From the NCBI RefSeq assembly GCF_964204645.1, contig NW_027437466.1, positions 16,817-80,816 of the forward strand: a stretch of DNA of 64,000 nt, read 5' to 3'. Below are positions 9,901 through 21,027 of this stretch, one piece after another. The notes beneath the pieces are model-generated. The model worked only from the letters and a program-made list of their open reading frames with translations. It searched no databases and had not been told where the DNA came from. Positions within the stretch are counted from its first letter, which is position 1, and each line of letters begins with the position of its first letter. The translations under genes were made by a program, and so were the position numbers. Origin of the DNA: Tubulanus polymorphus (taxonomy: Eukaryota > Animalia > Nemertea).

Positions 9901-10354
9901 AAGTAGTATACTATAGTGACGACACCAGACATATTTAGGCAATTTGAGTGATAATGTACACGGTATTTGAGGGTCTGCGACGAATGATTTATAGAAAGTT
10001 GAATAGCTGTAGTGCAGGTTCTAATAATAAGGCTTATATAGTCTTCACATCGCAATCAGTTGTTAGAATGCATCTTCCTGTTTCTTTACTTGATCTTGAG
10101 TCTTGATCTTGACTAGTTTAATTTTTTCTTCATTGATTGACGCTGGGAGGTCTAGATCAAATTATACTGTTAATCAAATCAATTATTTTTCAACTGCAAA
10201 TTCACACTTGATATTGATATTAACAATCAATATTACTCATTTCATTTTATAGCGCACTGCTGCAAATTGTTATCAGTGTGCTTTGCATGAGTATAAAATT
10301 AACACAAGCTGAAAGAATCGAAATTTAAATACGTGGATGATAAAAATCAAGTTA

Positions 10355-11036
10355 AAAGGTGTAGGGACGGAGAGATCTGGCGAAAAAAAAAACAGTAATG
10401 GGTGCAAAATGGACCCGTGCCTAATCGCCCGACCAAAAACGACGGACCAGACCTGAGTCAAATTAAGCGTGTTGATTTAAACTGGTTCTGGAAGTCATTC
10501 ACTTTGCTTGGTTTAAGTATGGACTCGTTTTAGATTCCATGGTTTAAGCATTGTTTAGTAACGAATGAATGGGTTTGAATTTGAATGTGAAATGAATTTG
10601 AACATGAAAATCTGCGCGCTCTTTGGTAAGCCATGCGTAAAATTTAAGTCAGACCTGATTCGAGCCAATTTAGCCCCGACAAATCGTCTCTATAGCCGCG
10701 ATCACACGTGTATTTTTTTTAGGCCAGGGCCAAATTTGGGCCGGACCAACTGTTCACACGGGTGCCAATGTGCCCGAGCCTGTTTGGCCCGGGCCAAATT
10801 TGGCCCGACCAAAAACGTCGGACCAGGCCCGAGCACCAGACAAATGACTGCGTTTGAATTGCAACTAGCACCGTAAATGATCCACTTCGCTTTGTTTGAG
10901 CATTGTTTAGTATCGAGTGAATGGTTTGCGTGTGAACGCACTCTCTAATTACCAAATTTGGCCCGAGCCTGATCGGTGCTAATTTGGCCCGGGCCAAATC
11001 GTCTCCGTGTGATCGCGGCTTATGTGGGTCATGATT
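10355..11036. mobile_element. Older, diverged copy of the Harbinger-type MITE family, split near its 3' TIR by the younger copy
   Basis: gcccgaccaaaaacgacggaccagacc (~10427) and cctgattcgagccaatttagccccgacaaatcgtctc (~10654-10690) match internal parts of the 10694-11020 element; the decayed TIR continues after 11023. Confidence 0.55.
10694..11020. mobile_element. PIF/Harbinger-type MITE, 327 bp
   Basis: Perfect 15-bp TIRs AGCCGCGATCACACG / CGTGTGATCGCGGCT; 3-bp TSD TAT (10691-10693, 11021-11023); internal ttggcccgggccaa palindromes. Confidence 0.88.
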
Positions 11037-12793
11037 GTTGAGAGAAATCTTTCCCTTTATGTTTGCAAATTAGCCATTGTCCTAGTTTTAACTTCTGATT
11101 TGTACCCTGTATAGGGTTTATATATCTGTTTGTACTTTTTCATAGAAATACGACAGATATCAAATGGAATCTTTGATTTAAGACACTGTAAACCGGTCCA
11201 CACTAATATGTCTATCCATCCGACCTACGAGCGATCATCTCATTAATGTGATAATTGCTCGTAAATCCGACAGCTACGTTTTACAACTAGAAATATATTA
11301 GATCAGATTCCTAATAATAAAATCATTACTATTAAGAATATGTTATTGATTATGGATAAATTCAAAAAGAATTGACAAAATATATTGCTTTGAATGGCCT
11401 TTAGATATTGGATAGGGCGATTTTGAATTATTTTTGGGGAATTTTATCGAGAAGCTCAAACTCCCTAAGGCGATAAATTCTTTAAGGCAGATCTTTCCCG
11501 ATTATGATCCCACCATATGAATTGTTCACGAAACTTTTATGTATAAACACCTCACAATTAACGTAATGAATCAGTGACGTCCGGTTCCAATGTTTGCTCT
11601 ATGGATTTCAAAATAAAAGAAAAATCTACGTTTAAACGTGATATCTGTTTCATTACTCGTGATATATCGGGGAATCTCTGCAATAAAATTGGACGATTTC
11701 AAAAATATTACAAAATGACCAAATTGCGATTCTTAGTGATTTTTGCTAACAGTATTGATTCTAGCGTATACGCGGATTTGTGTGATATGTAAAAAGTAAC
11801 GTAGCGAATAATCAAAGTATCTACTGTAGCTAGATATGACAATTAAAAATCCCCCAGAATATCTCCTTCAAAATACCTTCATCCGTTCAAAAAAGATCAC
11901 CTGGTAAAGATTTCCTATATAGAAATCTAAAAAATCTAAACCCTGGGTAAAAATCCCCCAAATATTCATACTTGGTGATTGTCAAGAACATGTCAAAGCA
12001 CGATGTTTCTCGAATTTGCAATGAGACTGAAATATGTTTGAACTTTTAAATGAAATCTTTCGTTGCGATAAATTCTTACGAATAAAATAAATTGTAAGAA
12101 TTAATAAGAGTAATAAACTTTTATTTGTAATATCTTAAGATTCGAACTGGAATTTTTTTTGAATTTCAGCTGTGCGATGCCAAGAATTATTAGAAATAAC
12201 GTACTTTTGATATTAAATATTTTAGATTCAAGCTAGTGTAATATATTTGAAATGCGCGATGAACCCCTTTACTAAGCTGTGCAATAACTGCATGTATATG
12301 TACTAATTTAGTATCAATGAAACGTTAATTTGTAGTATGTTTTAATTTAAATAGCATAGTTTGTATGGGCATATTGATATCCTTACGGTGTTCGACAGTA
12401 AAATATGAATAAATTGGATATACGTATCAATAATACGAATTAATTGACCTTAAGATTGTATCTGCTTATAATCCCTTTAAAGGGAGGGGATTACCTAATT
12501 TGAAGAATTGGGGATTTTTACCGAGGGGATTTTTGCTCGCTTACTTAGATGTTTTGAACTATTGACTTAGTTATTTTATTAAGTTTAAGTTAATCACTAG
12601 TAAGTTTATTCATTGACCACTTGCATGATAGTTCTTGATATATTCATGATATGCAATGAAATGAAATGTAAGTTCATCACATTTCTGAACTCATTAATAC
12701 CGATTTTAATTGTGTTAAGCCCCATGAAAAATATGTCATGTCATTATATTGAAAGCTTTATGTTTTATTAACATTGGTAGTAGTTCTCATAAA

Positions 12794-12900
12794 TTTTCCT
12801 TGGCCTTTTTTTCCGTGGCCATTTTTTCCTAGACAAATTACCTTGGCCATTTTTTCCTTGGCCATTCTTTCCTGGCCATTTTTCCTTGGCCATTTTTCCA
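12794..12900. repeat. Minisatellite, ~13-15-bp unit tggccatttttcct, about 7 copies
   Basis: Repeated ttttccttggccatt; a short inverted version lies at ~14117-14145; resembles subterminal repeats of a non-autonomous DNA transposon. Confidence 0.75.
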
Positions 12901-15576
12901 ACATTCTGGGATTTTTTACAACTAACCCTTAGCAATGCACTGTAATGAACAATTTACTTTGTTTTGCTAAATTAACTACTTGTAATCAATTCACTATAGA
13001 ACTGTGGTCGATCCTAACAAAGAGTCCGACGTGCTATTCTAAACTTCAGTGGACAAAAATCTCTTTCTAAAAATTACATTGCTAAGATATTCTTAGTCTT
13101 CATCTTTCAGCATGAACTCTAGGCCTGGATATATTTCGGATTCATTAAATGGTATCATGTGTGTGTAGAACGTTTGGGCGAAGGTATTATCCCCCTGGAT
13201 CACGCGTAAAACAAACAGAAAACATATTTTCATACATAGGTCATCGCATTATAGAAATTGAACTGTTGACAAGTTGTATTAAATCTCTATAGATGAAACA
13301 CTTTTAAGGAAAATGCATTATGTTTGTTGTTTCTATATAACTACTATCGACTTGCGCCTCGGGCTTAGTCAACTCGCCATCTTCATGATTGAAATATTTG
13401 ATTAGGCAATCCTATCAAAAGTGGCGTAAATTCATACAAGCGAATAATTTGTTGTTTCCAAAGGTTTTTGTTACCGGCTCGTCTACACGGTAATGGTCGA
13501 AATTCCCCGGTAAAAATCCCCTAAGAATACCAATTAAAGAGCTTATGATTTGCTGCCGCTGGTATGTTTTCGTTTGTATTGCAAAATTAAGTCCAAAATA
13601 ACTGGAATCGTTTTAAAGGATTTCTGTGAAAATTTTCAATTTTTCCCCGCACGTCAACAAGTGCCTTTCAAATCAAGATCGATTCCTCATGCGTAAAAAC
13701 GATTGAAGCAATTTTTGCAGTTTTATTTATTTATGGTTTGATACGTCAAGATTTCAGTAAAAAGGGCAACATCATCGTTTATGTTAGCGAAGCTTGGTAT
13801 ACATGCAAGCTGACAATAACAAGCCACTGAATTTTATCTGGTTAGGCTTTGTATAGCTCATTATCTATAGAAAGTCAGTGATTAAGTCCTAAGTAAATAT
13901 TGCTCAATTAAAGAGAATTCATTGTACAAGCCTATGAGGCACCCGTAAATCAAAAATGTATTTCACGGATTTTGCTGTGCGATGCGATAAATTATTGAAA
14001 CTTTTTATTTGAAATATCTTTGAAATACTATTGAAATTTGAAATATTATTTTACCAGTGCGATAACTTTTAGTATTAGTTTAGTACTAATGAAGTATTTC
14101 AATCTTTGGATAAACGTTGGAAAAATGGCAAGGGGAAAATTGCCGCTAAATAAACATTAGAATTTGCAAGTTTTGTAATAACTTTGAATTGTTAAATTTT
14201 ACTGGACATTGGTGTATGCTGAATATCACGAACAACGAAACATATATCTCATAAAAACGTTGATTGTTTTTTTCAACTTTCATCATTTCAATAACAATCA
14301 ATCGATTTTTAAGTCGATTTAATTACCAGGATAGCGACTACATGCGTTTGTGCTTTTAATCAACTAGTTTCCGAATCCGTGGTATGTCAATCAAATAATA
14401 ATTTTTAAGTCGAGAAAAAGTAAGATGCATTATATCAACTAATTTCAATGTAAAGACTATAATGCTTCCTATATGAATCAATACTAAAGCATTCATACCG
14501 CAGGCCACTTAATCTTAAGCTTGATTGTGAGAGGTGTTTAAACATAATGGTCACATGAGTAATTAAATGGTTGTGTCACAAAGGGAGAAATCTGCCTTAG
14601 ACATAACATCCCGATATCTGGAGTTCTGGGCTTAGTAACGCATGTTTAGAATGAATTTTATCCAATATTTTTGTAACATAATGTTTTCTCTCTGCAAATT
14701 CCTGACGTTTTCTGGGTGCTAACGTTCAGTGGCTAGTAGGCTGGATTGTATTTTCCCTTATTTCATAGATCTCCATGCATATAAACTTGAACTGAACTGA
14801 ATGGGAACTGAGTTCGGTTAGGAGTAAAAACCTCCTTATCAACTCCTATTTCTGAATTGTATATAAAGGAGTGAAGAAAGAAACAAACCCTCATACCGAA
14901 TACACTTTTACGTATAAATGAGAATAATGTTCACTAGGACAATGGCTAATTTGCGACCGTAAATGAAAGAAATACGACTCGAATAATTTTTTTTATCATG
15001 CGTGACACGCGAATCTCCTATTAACGCTACGAATGAGAGAAGAATCCACACGAATGAAATGTATCAACTTCATAATGATCTTTGATCTTTAATCCTTGAA
15101 TGACCATTCTTAATTAACACAAAACACTTAATATAAATGATTTGTATCGATTACTATAGAATTTCCATTTAAAGAATGCATTTATCAAATTACGTCCATT
15201 GACTCCGAAAATGAACCTTTAAACCCGTAAATTAGCTAAACTCGTGCCGTATTAAGCTATTTAGATTTATCGCAGTCTAGTGAAAATTTGTAAGCAGTCC
15301 TAATATATTCCCTGTATAATCAAAACTTAATTTCTATGTTATGCACGTGTTTTAATTACGATTTCCCCTCTACATGTTTATCGGGAAGGGCCTGATTACA
15401 ATCTGATTACAGTTGATTGTCAACAAAGTTATAGTAATTTACTGTTAGACAAAGAAAATACTAAATCTATTTAGTTTTCTAAAATTGTATGTAGGCCTAT
15501 GTCTCATACCGTCTCATTACCTCGAACAATGTGTATCGTATCACTCGAAATTCATAAATCTACCGGCTTTATGGCT

Positions 15577-16282
15577 TTAAAAAAACTAATTACACCCAAA
15601 ACACCTATCTTTCTAAAATTTCAGGTTACAGCATTTAGTGGTGGGAGGAAAAATTCCTCCCTAAATCAATATACTTTGAATCTAAGACTCGGGTTCGTTT
15701 TCCTTCAGTTGACAAATGACAATATTTCGAATATCAGACCAGGTCCATTTTCCTTCGTTTGACCATGGACGTATAAACTAGATTATACGTCGATGGTTTG
15801 ACATAGGGAGGAACATTCCTCCCGACGTCGATACTTTGAATATCAGACCTGAAGGTCAAATTCTCTTCGTTTGACCTTGGGAGGAATATTCCTCCCAAAG
15901 TCAATTGTTAAAATATCGGGCCCCTTGGTCAAGTTTCCATCGATTGACATTGGGAGGAATATTCCTCCCGCAGTCAATTTTCACAATAGCAGTCCTCTTA
16001 ATTGGTGACACTCAAAGAACGCGCGGCTCAGATTTCTATTGTGCGCCTATCGCGCTGCGTGTGAATCACTTACGTAATCTTTTCTGTAAATGTGAAGACC
16101 TCGGGGGCATTATGTTCTCTAAAGCCCAATATTATCCCAAATTCCGGACTGTTAATAGGTTGATTTTACGGCAGAGTCGACATGTTTCAATAAACTTTTA
16201 ACTGTTCATTTATGAATATTTGAAGACTTATGAACTAAAAATTAGTTAAATTTATGATACATTTTGAGAAAGTCACAAAACA
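15577..16282 (-). repeat. Right (inverted) copy of the 9274-9900 repeat, including the palindrome array
   Basis: Reverse-complement match; palindromes at 15643-15661, 15806-15823, 15879-15896 and 15952-15969; ends exactly at the satellite junction. Confidence 0.95.
15764..15795. mobile_element. 32-bp palindromic insertion with 7-bp TSD; probable P-superfamily transposon excision footprint
   Basis: GTTTGAC-[CATGGACGTATAAACT|AGATTATACGTCGATG]-GTTTGAC; 16+16 arms with 14/16 match; CA..TG termini; the paralogous site at ~9756-9762 is empty (single GTCAAAC). Confidence 0.75.
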
Positions 16283-19200
16283 GTAGGTCGGTCGTCCATC
16301 CGTTCGTCAGTGTGCCGGCGGTGGTTGTTCGAAAAACGACTAAGTGCTGACCGGGCCTTGATCAGCGTTACGACCCGGAGCAGTGAGGGAGGGAGGGAGG
16401 CAGTAGGTCGGTCGTCCGTCCGTTCGTCAGTGTGTCGGCAGTGATGGTTGTTCGAAAAACGACTAAGTGCTGACCGGGCCTTGATCAGCGTTACGACCCG
16501 GAGCAGTGAGGGAGGGAGGGAGGCAGTAGGTCGGTCGTCCGTCCGTTCGTCAGTGTGCCGGCGGTGGTAGGTCGAAAAACGATTAAGTGCTGTCCGGGCC
16601 TTGATCGGCGTTACGACCCGGTGCAGTGAGGGAGGGAGGGAAGCAGTAGGTCGGTCGCCCGACCGTTCGTCAGTGTGCCGGCGGTGGTTGTTCGAAAAAC
16701 GACTAAGTGCTGACCGGGCCTTGATCAGCGTTACGACCCGGCACCGGTCAGGGAGGGAAGGAGGGTGGCAGTAGGTCGGTCGTCCGTCCGTTCGTCAGTG
16801 TGCCGGCGGTGGTGGTTCGAAAAACGACTAAGTGCTGACTGGGCCTTGATCAGCGTTACGACCCGGAGCAGTGAGGGAGGGAGGGAGGGAGGCAGTAGGT
16901 CGGTCGTCCGTCCGTTCGTCAGTGTGCCGGCAGTGCTGGTTGTTCGAAAAACGACTAAGTGCTGACCGGGCTTTGATCAGCGTTACGACCCAGTATCGGT
17001 CAGGGAGGGAGGGAGGCAGTAGGTCGGTCGTCCGTCCGTTCGTCAGTGTGCCGGCGGTGGTTGTTCGAAAAACGACTAAGTGCTGACCGGGCCTTGATCA
17101 GCGTTACGACCCGGAGCAGTGAGGGAGGGAGGAAGGCAGTAGGTGGGTCGTCCGTCCGTTCGTCAGTGTGCCGGCAGTGCTGGTTGTTCGAAAAACGATT
17201 AAGTGCTGACCCGGCCTTGATCAGCGATACGACCCGGTGCAGTGAGGGAGGGAGGGAGGCAGTAGGTCGGTCGTCCGTCCGTTTGTCAGTGTGCCGGCTG
17301 TGATGATTGTTCGAAAAACGACTAAGTGCTGACCGGGCCTTGATCAGCGATACGACCCGGTGCAGTGAGGGAGGGAGGGAGGCAGTAGGTCGGTCGTCCG
17401 TCCGTTCGTCAGTGTGCCGGCAGTGCTGGTTGTTCGAAAAACGACTAAGTGCTGACCGGGCCTTGATCAGCGTTACGACCCGGTGCAGTGAGGGAGGGAG
17501 GGAGGCAGTAGGTCGGTCGTCCATCCGTTCGTCAGTGTGCCGGCGGTGGTTGTTCGAAAAACGACTAAGTGCTGACCGGGCCTTGATCAGCGTTACGACC
17601 CGGAGCAGTGAGGGAGGGAGGGAGGCAGTAGGTCGGTCGTCCGTCCGTTCGTCAGTGTGCCGGCAGTGATGGTTGTTCGAAAAACGACTAAGTGCTGACC
17701 GGGCCATGATCAGCGTTACGACCCGGCGCAGTGAGGGAGGGAGGCAGGCACCAGGAGAGTCGTCGCCGGTAAGGGAGGGAGGGAGGGAGGCAGTAGGTCG
17801 GTCGTCCGTCCTTTCGTCAGTGTGCCGGCAGTGATGGTTGTTCGAAAAACGACTAAGTGCTGACCGGGCCTTGATCAGCGTTACGACCCGGCGCAGTGAG
17901 GGAGGGAGGCAGGCACCAGGACAGTCGTCCGCCCGTTAGTCAGTCTGCCGGCATTGGTGGTTCGAAACACGACTAAGTGCTGACCGGGCCTTGATCAGCG
18001 TTACGACCCGGCGCAGTGAGGGAGGGAGGCAGGCACCAGGAGAGTCGTCGCCGGTAAGGGAGGGAGGGAGGGAGGCAGTAGGTCGGTCATCCGTCCGTTC
18101 GTCAGTGTGCCGGCGGTGGTTGTTCGAAAAACGACTAAGTGCTGACCGGGCCTTGATCAGCGTTACGACCCGGCGCAGTGAGGGAGGGAGGCAGGCACCA
18201 GGACAGTCGTCCGCCCGTTAGTCAGTCTGCCGGCATTGGTGGTTCGAAACACGACTAAATGCTGACCGGGCCTTGATCAGCGTTACGACACGGCGCCGGT
18301 AAGGGAGGGAGGGAGGGAGGCAGTAGGTCGGTCGTCCGTCCGTTCGTCAGTGTGCCGGCGGTGGTTGTTCGAAAAACGACTAAGTGCTGACCGGGCCTTG
18401 ATCAGCGTTACGACCCGGAGCAGTGAGGGAGGGAGGGAGGGAGGCAGTAGGTCGGTCGTCCGTCCGTTCGTCAGTGTGCCGGCAGTGCTGGTTGTTCGAA
18501 AAACGACTAAGTGCTGACCGGCCTTGATCAGCGTTACGACCCGGAGCAGTGAGGGAGGGAGGGAGGCAGTAGGTCGGTAGTCCGTCCGTTCGTCAGTGTG
18601 CCGGCAGTGATGGTTGTTCGAAAAACGACTAAGTGCTGACCGGGCCTTGATCAGCGTTACGACCCGGCGCAGTGAGGGAGGGAGGCAGGCACCAGGAGAG
18701 TCGTCGCCGGTAAGGGAGGGAGGGAGGGAGGCAGTAGGTCGGTCGTCCGTCCTTTCGTCAGTGTGCCGGCAGTGATGGTTGTTCGAAAAACGACTAAGTG
18801 CTGACCGGGCCTTGATCAGCGTTACGACCCGGCGCAGTGAGGGAAAGAGGCAGGCACCAGGACAGTCGTCCGCCCGTTAATCAGTCTGCCGGCATTGGTG
18901 GTTCGAAACACGACTAAGTGCTGACCGGGCCTTGATCAGCGTTACGACCCGGCGCCGGTAAGGGAGGGAGGGAGGGAGGGAGGCAGTAGGTCGGTCGTCC
19001 GTCCGTTTGTCAGTGTGCCGGCAGTGATGGTTGTGCAAAAAACGACTAAGGGCTGACCGGGCCTTGATCAGCATTACGACCCGGAGCAGTGAGGGAGGGA
19101 GGGAGGGAGGCAGTAGGTCGGTCGTCCGTCCGTTTGTCAGTGTGCCGGCAGTGATGGTTGTTCGAAAAACGACAAAGGGCTGACCGGGCCTTGATCAGCG

Positions 19201-20214
19201 TTACGACCCGGAGCAGTGAGGGAGGGAGGGAGGCAGTAGGTAGGTCGTCCGTCCGTTTGTCAGTGTGCCTGCAGTGATGGTTGTTCGAAAAACGACTAAG
19301 TGCTGACCGGGCCTTGATCAGCGTTACGACCCTGCGCAGTGAGGGAGGGAGGCAGGCACCAGGACAGTCGTCCGCCCGTTAGTCAGTCTGCCGGCATTGG
19401 TGGTTCGAAACACGACTAAGTGCTGACCGGGCCTTGATCAGCGTTACGACCCGGCGCCGGTAAGGGAGGGAGGGAGGGAGGCAGTAGGTCGGTCGTCTGT
19501 CCGTTCGTCAGTGTGCCGGCGTTGGTTGTTCGAAAAACGACCAAGTGCTGACCAGGCCTCGATCAGCGTTACGAACCGGCACTGGTCAGGGAGGGAGGGA
19601 GGGAGGCAGTTGGTCGGTCATCCGTCCGTTCGTCAGAGTGCCGGCGGTAGTTGTTCGAAAAACGACTTAGTGCTGACCGGGCCTTAATCAGCGTTACGAC
19701 CCGGTATCGGTCAGGGAGGGAGGGAGGCAGTAGGTCGGTCGTCCGTCCGTTCGTCAGTGTGCCGGCGGTGGTTGTTCGAAAAACGACTAAGTGCTGACCG
19801 GGCCTTGATCAGCGTTACGACCCGGAGCAGTGAGGGAGGGAGGGAGGGAGGGAGGCAGTAGGTCGGTCGTCCGTCCGTTCGTCAGTGTGCCGGCAGTGCT
19901 GGTTGTTCGAAAAACGACTAAGTGCTGACCGGGCTTTGATCAGCGTTACGACCCGCCCCCGGTAAGGGAGGGAGGGAGGGAGGCAGTAGGTCGGTCGTCT
20001 GTCCGTTCGTCAGTGTGCCGGCGGTGGTTGTTCGAAAAACGACTCAGTGCTGACCGGGCCTTGATCAGCGTTACGACCCGGACCAGTGAGGGAGGGAGGG
20101 AGTTTGGCAGTAGGTCGGTCGTCCGTCCGTTCGTCAGTGTGCCGGCAGTGCTGGTTGTTCGAAAAACAATTAAGTGCTTACCGGGCCTTGATCAGCGTTA
20201 CGACCCGGAGCAGT

Positions 20215-21027
20215 GAGGGAGGGAGGGAGGGAGGGAGGGAGGGAGGGAGGGAGGGAGGGAGGGAGGGAGGGAGGGAGGGAGGGAGGGAGGGAGGGAGGGA
20301 GGGAGGGAGGGAGGGAGGAGGGAGGGAGGGAGGGAGGGAGGGAGGGAGGGAGGGAGGGAGGGAGGGAGGGAGGGAGGGAGGGAGGGAGGCAGTAGGTAGG
20401 TCGTCCGTCCGTTCGTCAGTGTGCCGGCAGTGCTGGTTGTTCGAAAAACGAGTAAGTGCTGACCGGGCCTTGATCAGCATTACGACCCGGAGCAGTGAGG
20501 GAGGGAGGGGGACAGTAGGTCGGTCGTCCGTCCGTTCGTCAGTGTGCCGGCAGTGATGGTTGTTCGAAAAACGACTAAGGGCTGACCGGGCCTTGATCAG
20601 CGTTACGACCCGGAGCAGTGAGGGAGGGAGGGAGGGAGGGAGGGAGGGAGGAAGGGAGGGAGGGAGGGAGGGAGGGAGGGAGGGAGGGAGGGAGGAGGGA
20701 GGGAGGGAGGGAGGGAGGGAGGGAGGGAGGGAGGGAGGGAGGGAGGGAGGGAGGGAGGAGGGAGGGAGGGAGGGAGGGAGGCAGTAGGTCGGTCGTCCGT
20801 CCGTTTGTCAGTGTGCCGGCAGTGATGGTTGTTCGAAAAACGACTAAGGGCTGACCGGGCCTTGATCAGCGTTACGACCCGGAGCAGTGAGGGAGGGAGG
20901 GAGGGAGGGAGGGAGGGAGGGAGGGAGGGAGGAGGGAGGGAGGGAGGGAGGGAGGGAGGGAGGGAGGGAGGGAGGGAGGGAGGGAGGGAGGGAGGGAGGG
21001 AGGGAGGGAGGGAGGGAGGGAGGGAGG
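20215..21027 (+). repeat. Cluster of three expanded (GGGA)n tracts (~175, ~160, ~140 bp)
   Basis: Tracts at 20215-20389, 20620-20781 and 20889-21027 replace the usual 3-5 GGGA units. Confidence 0.95.

Noticed and set aside
11840-12540. Possible TIR element marked by aaaatcccc / ggggatttt motifs
   Set aside because: Termini and TSD could not be defined; too degenerate to call
15905-16201. 98-aa ORF shared in part with 9333..9518
   Set aside because: It lies in the duplicated repeat, the frame is not preserved over the same extent in both copies, and there is no recognisable domain
16281-16400. Hammerhead ribozyme in the satellite (CTGACGA on the minus strand; CGAAA on the plus strand)
   Set aside because: The two core motifs are on opposite strands; the consensus minus strand has no GAAA after a stem II
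16281-16400. CENP-B box in the monomer (TTCG...CG motifs)
   Set aside because: Neither TTCGAAAAACGAC nor TTCGTCAGTGTGCCGG fits NTTCGNNNNANNCGGGN
20215-21027. Telomeric repeat
   Set aside because: The unit is GGGA, not TTAGGG/TTAGG-type, and it is an expansion of the monomer's own tract
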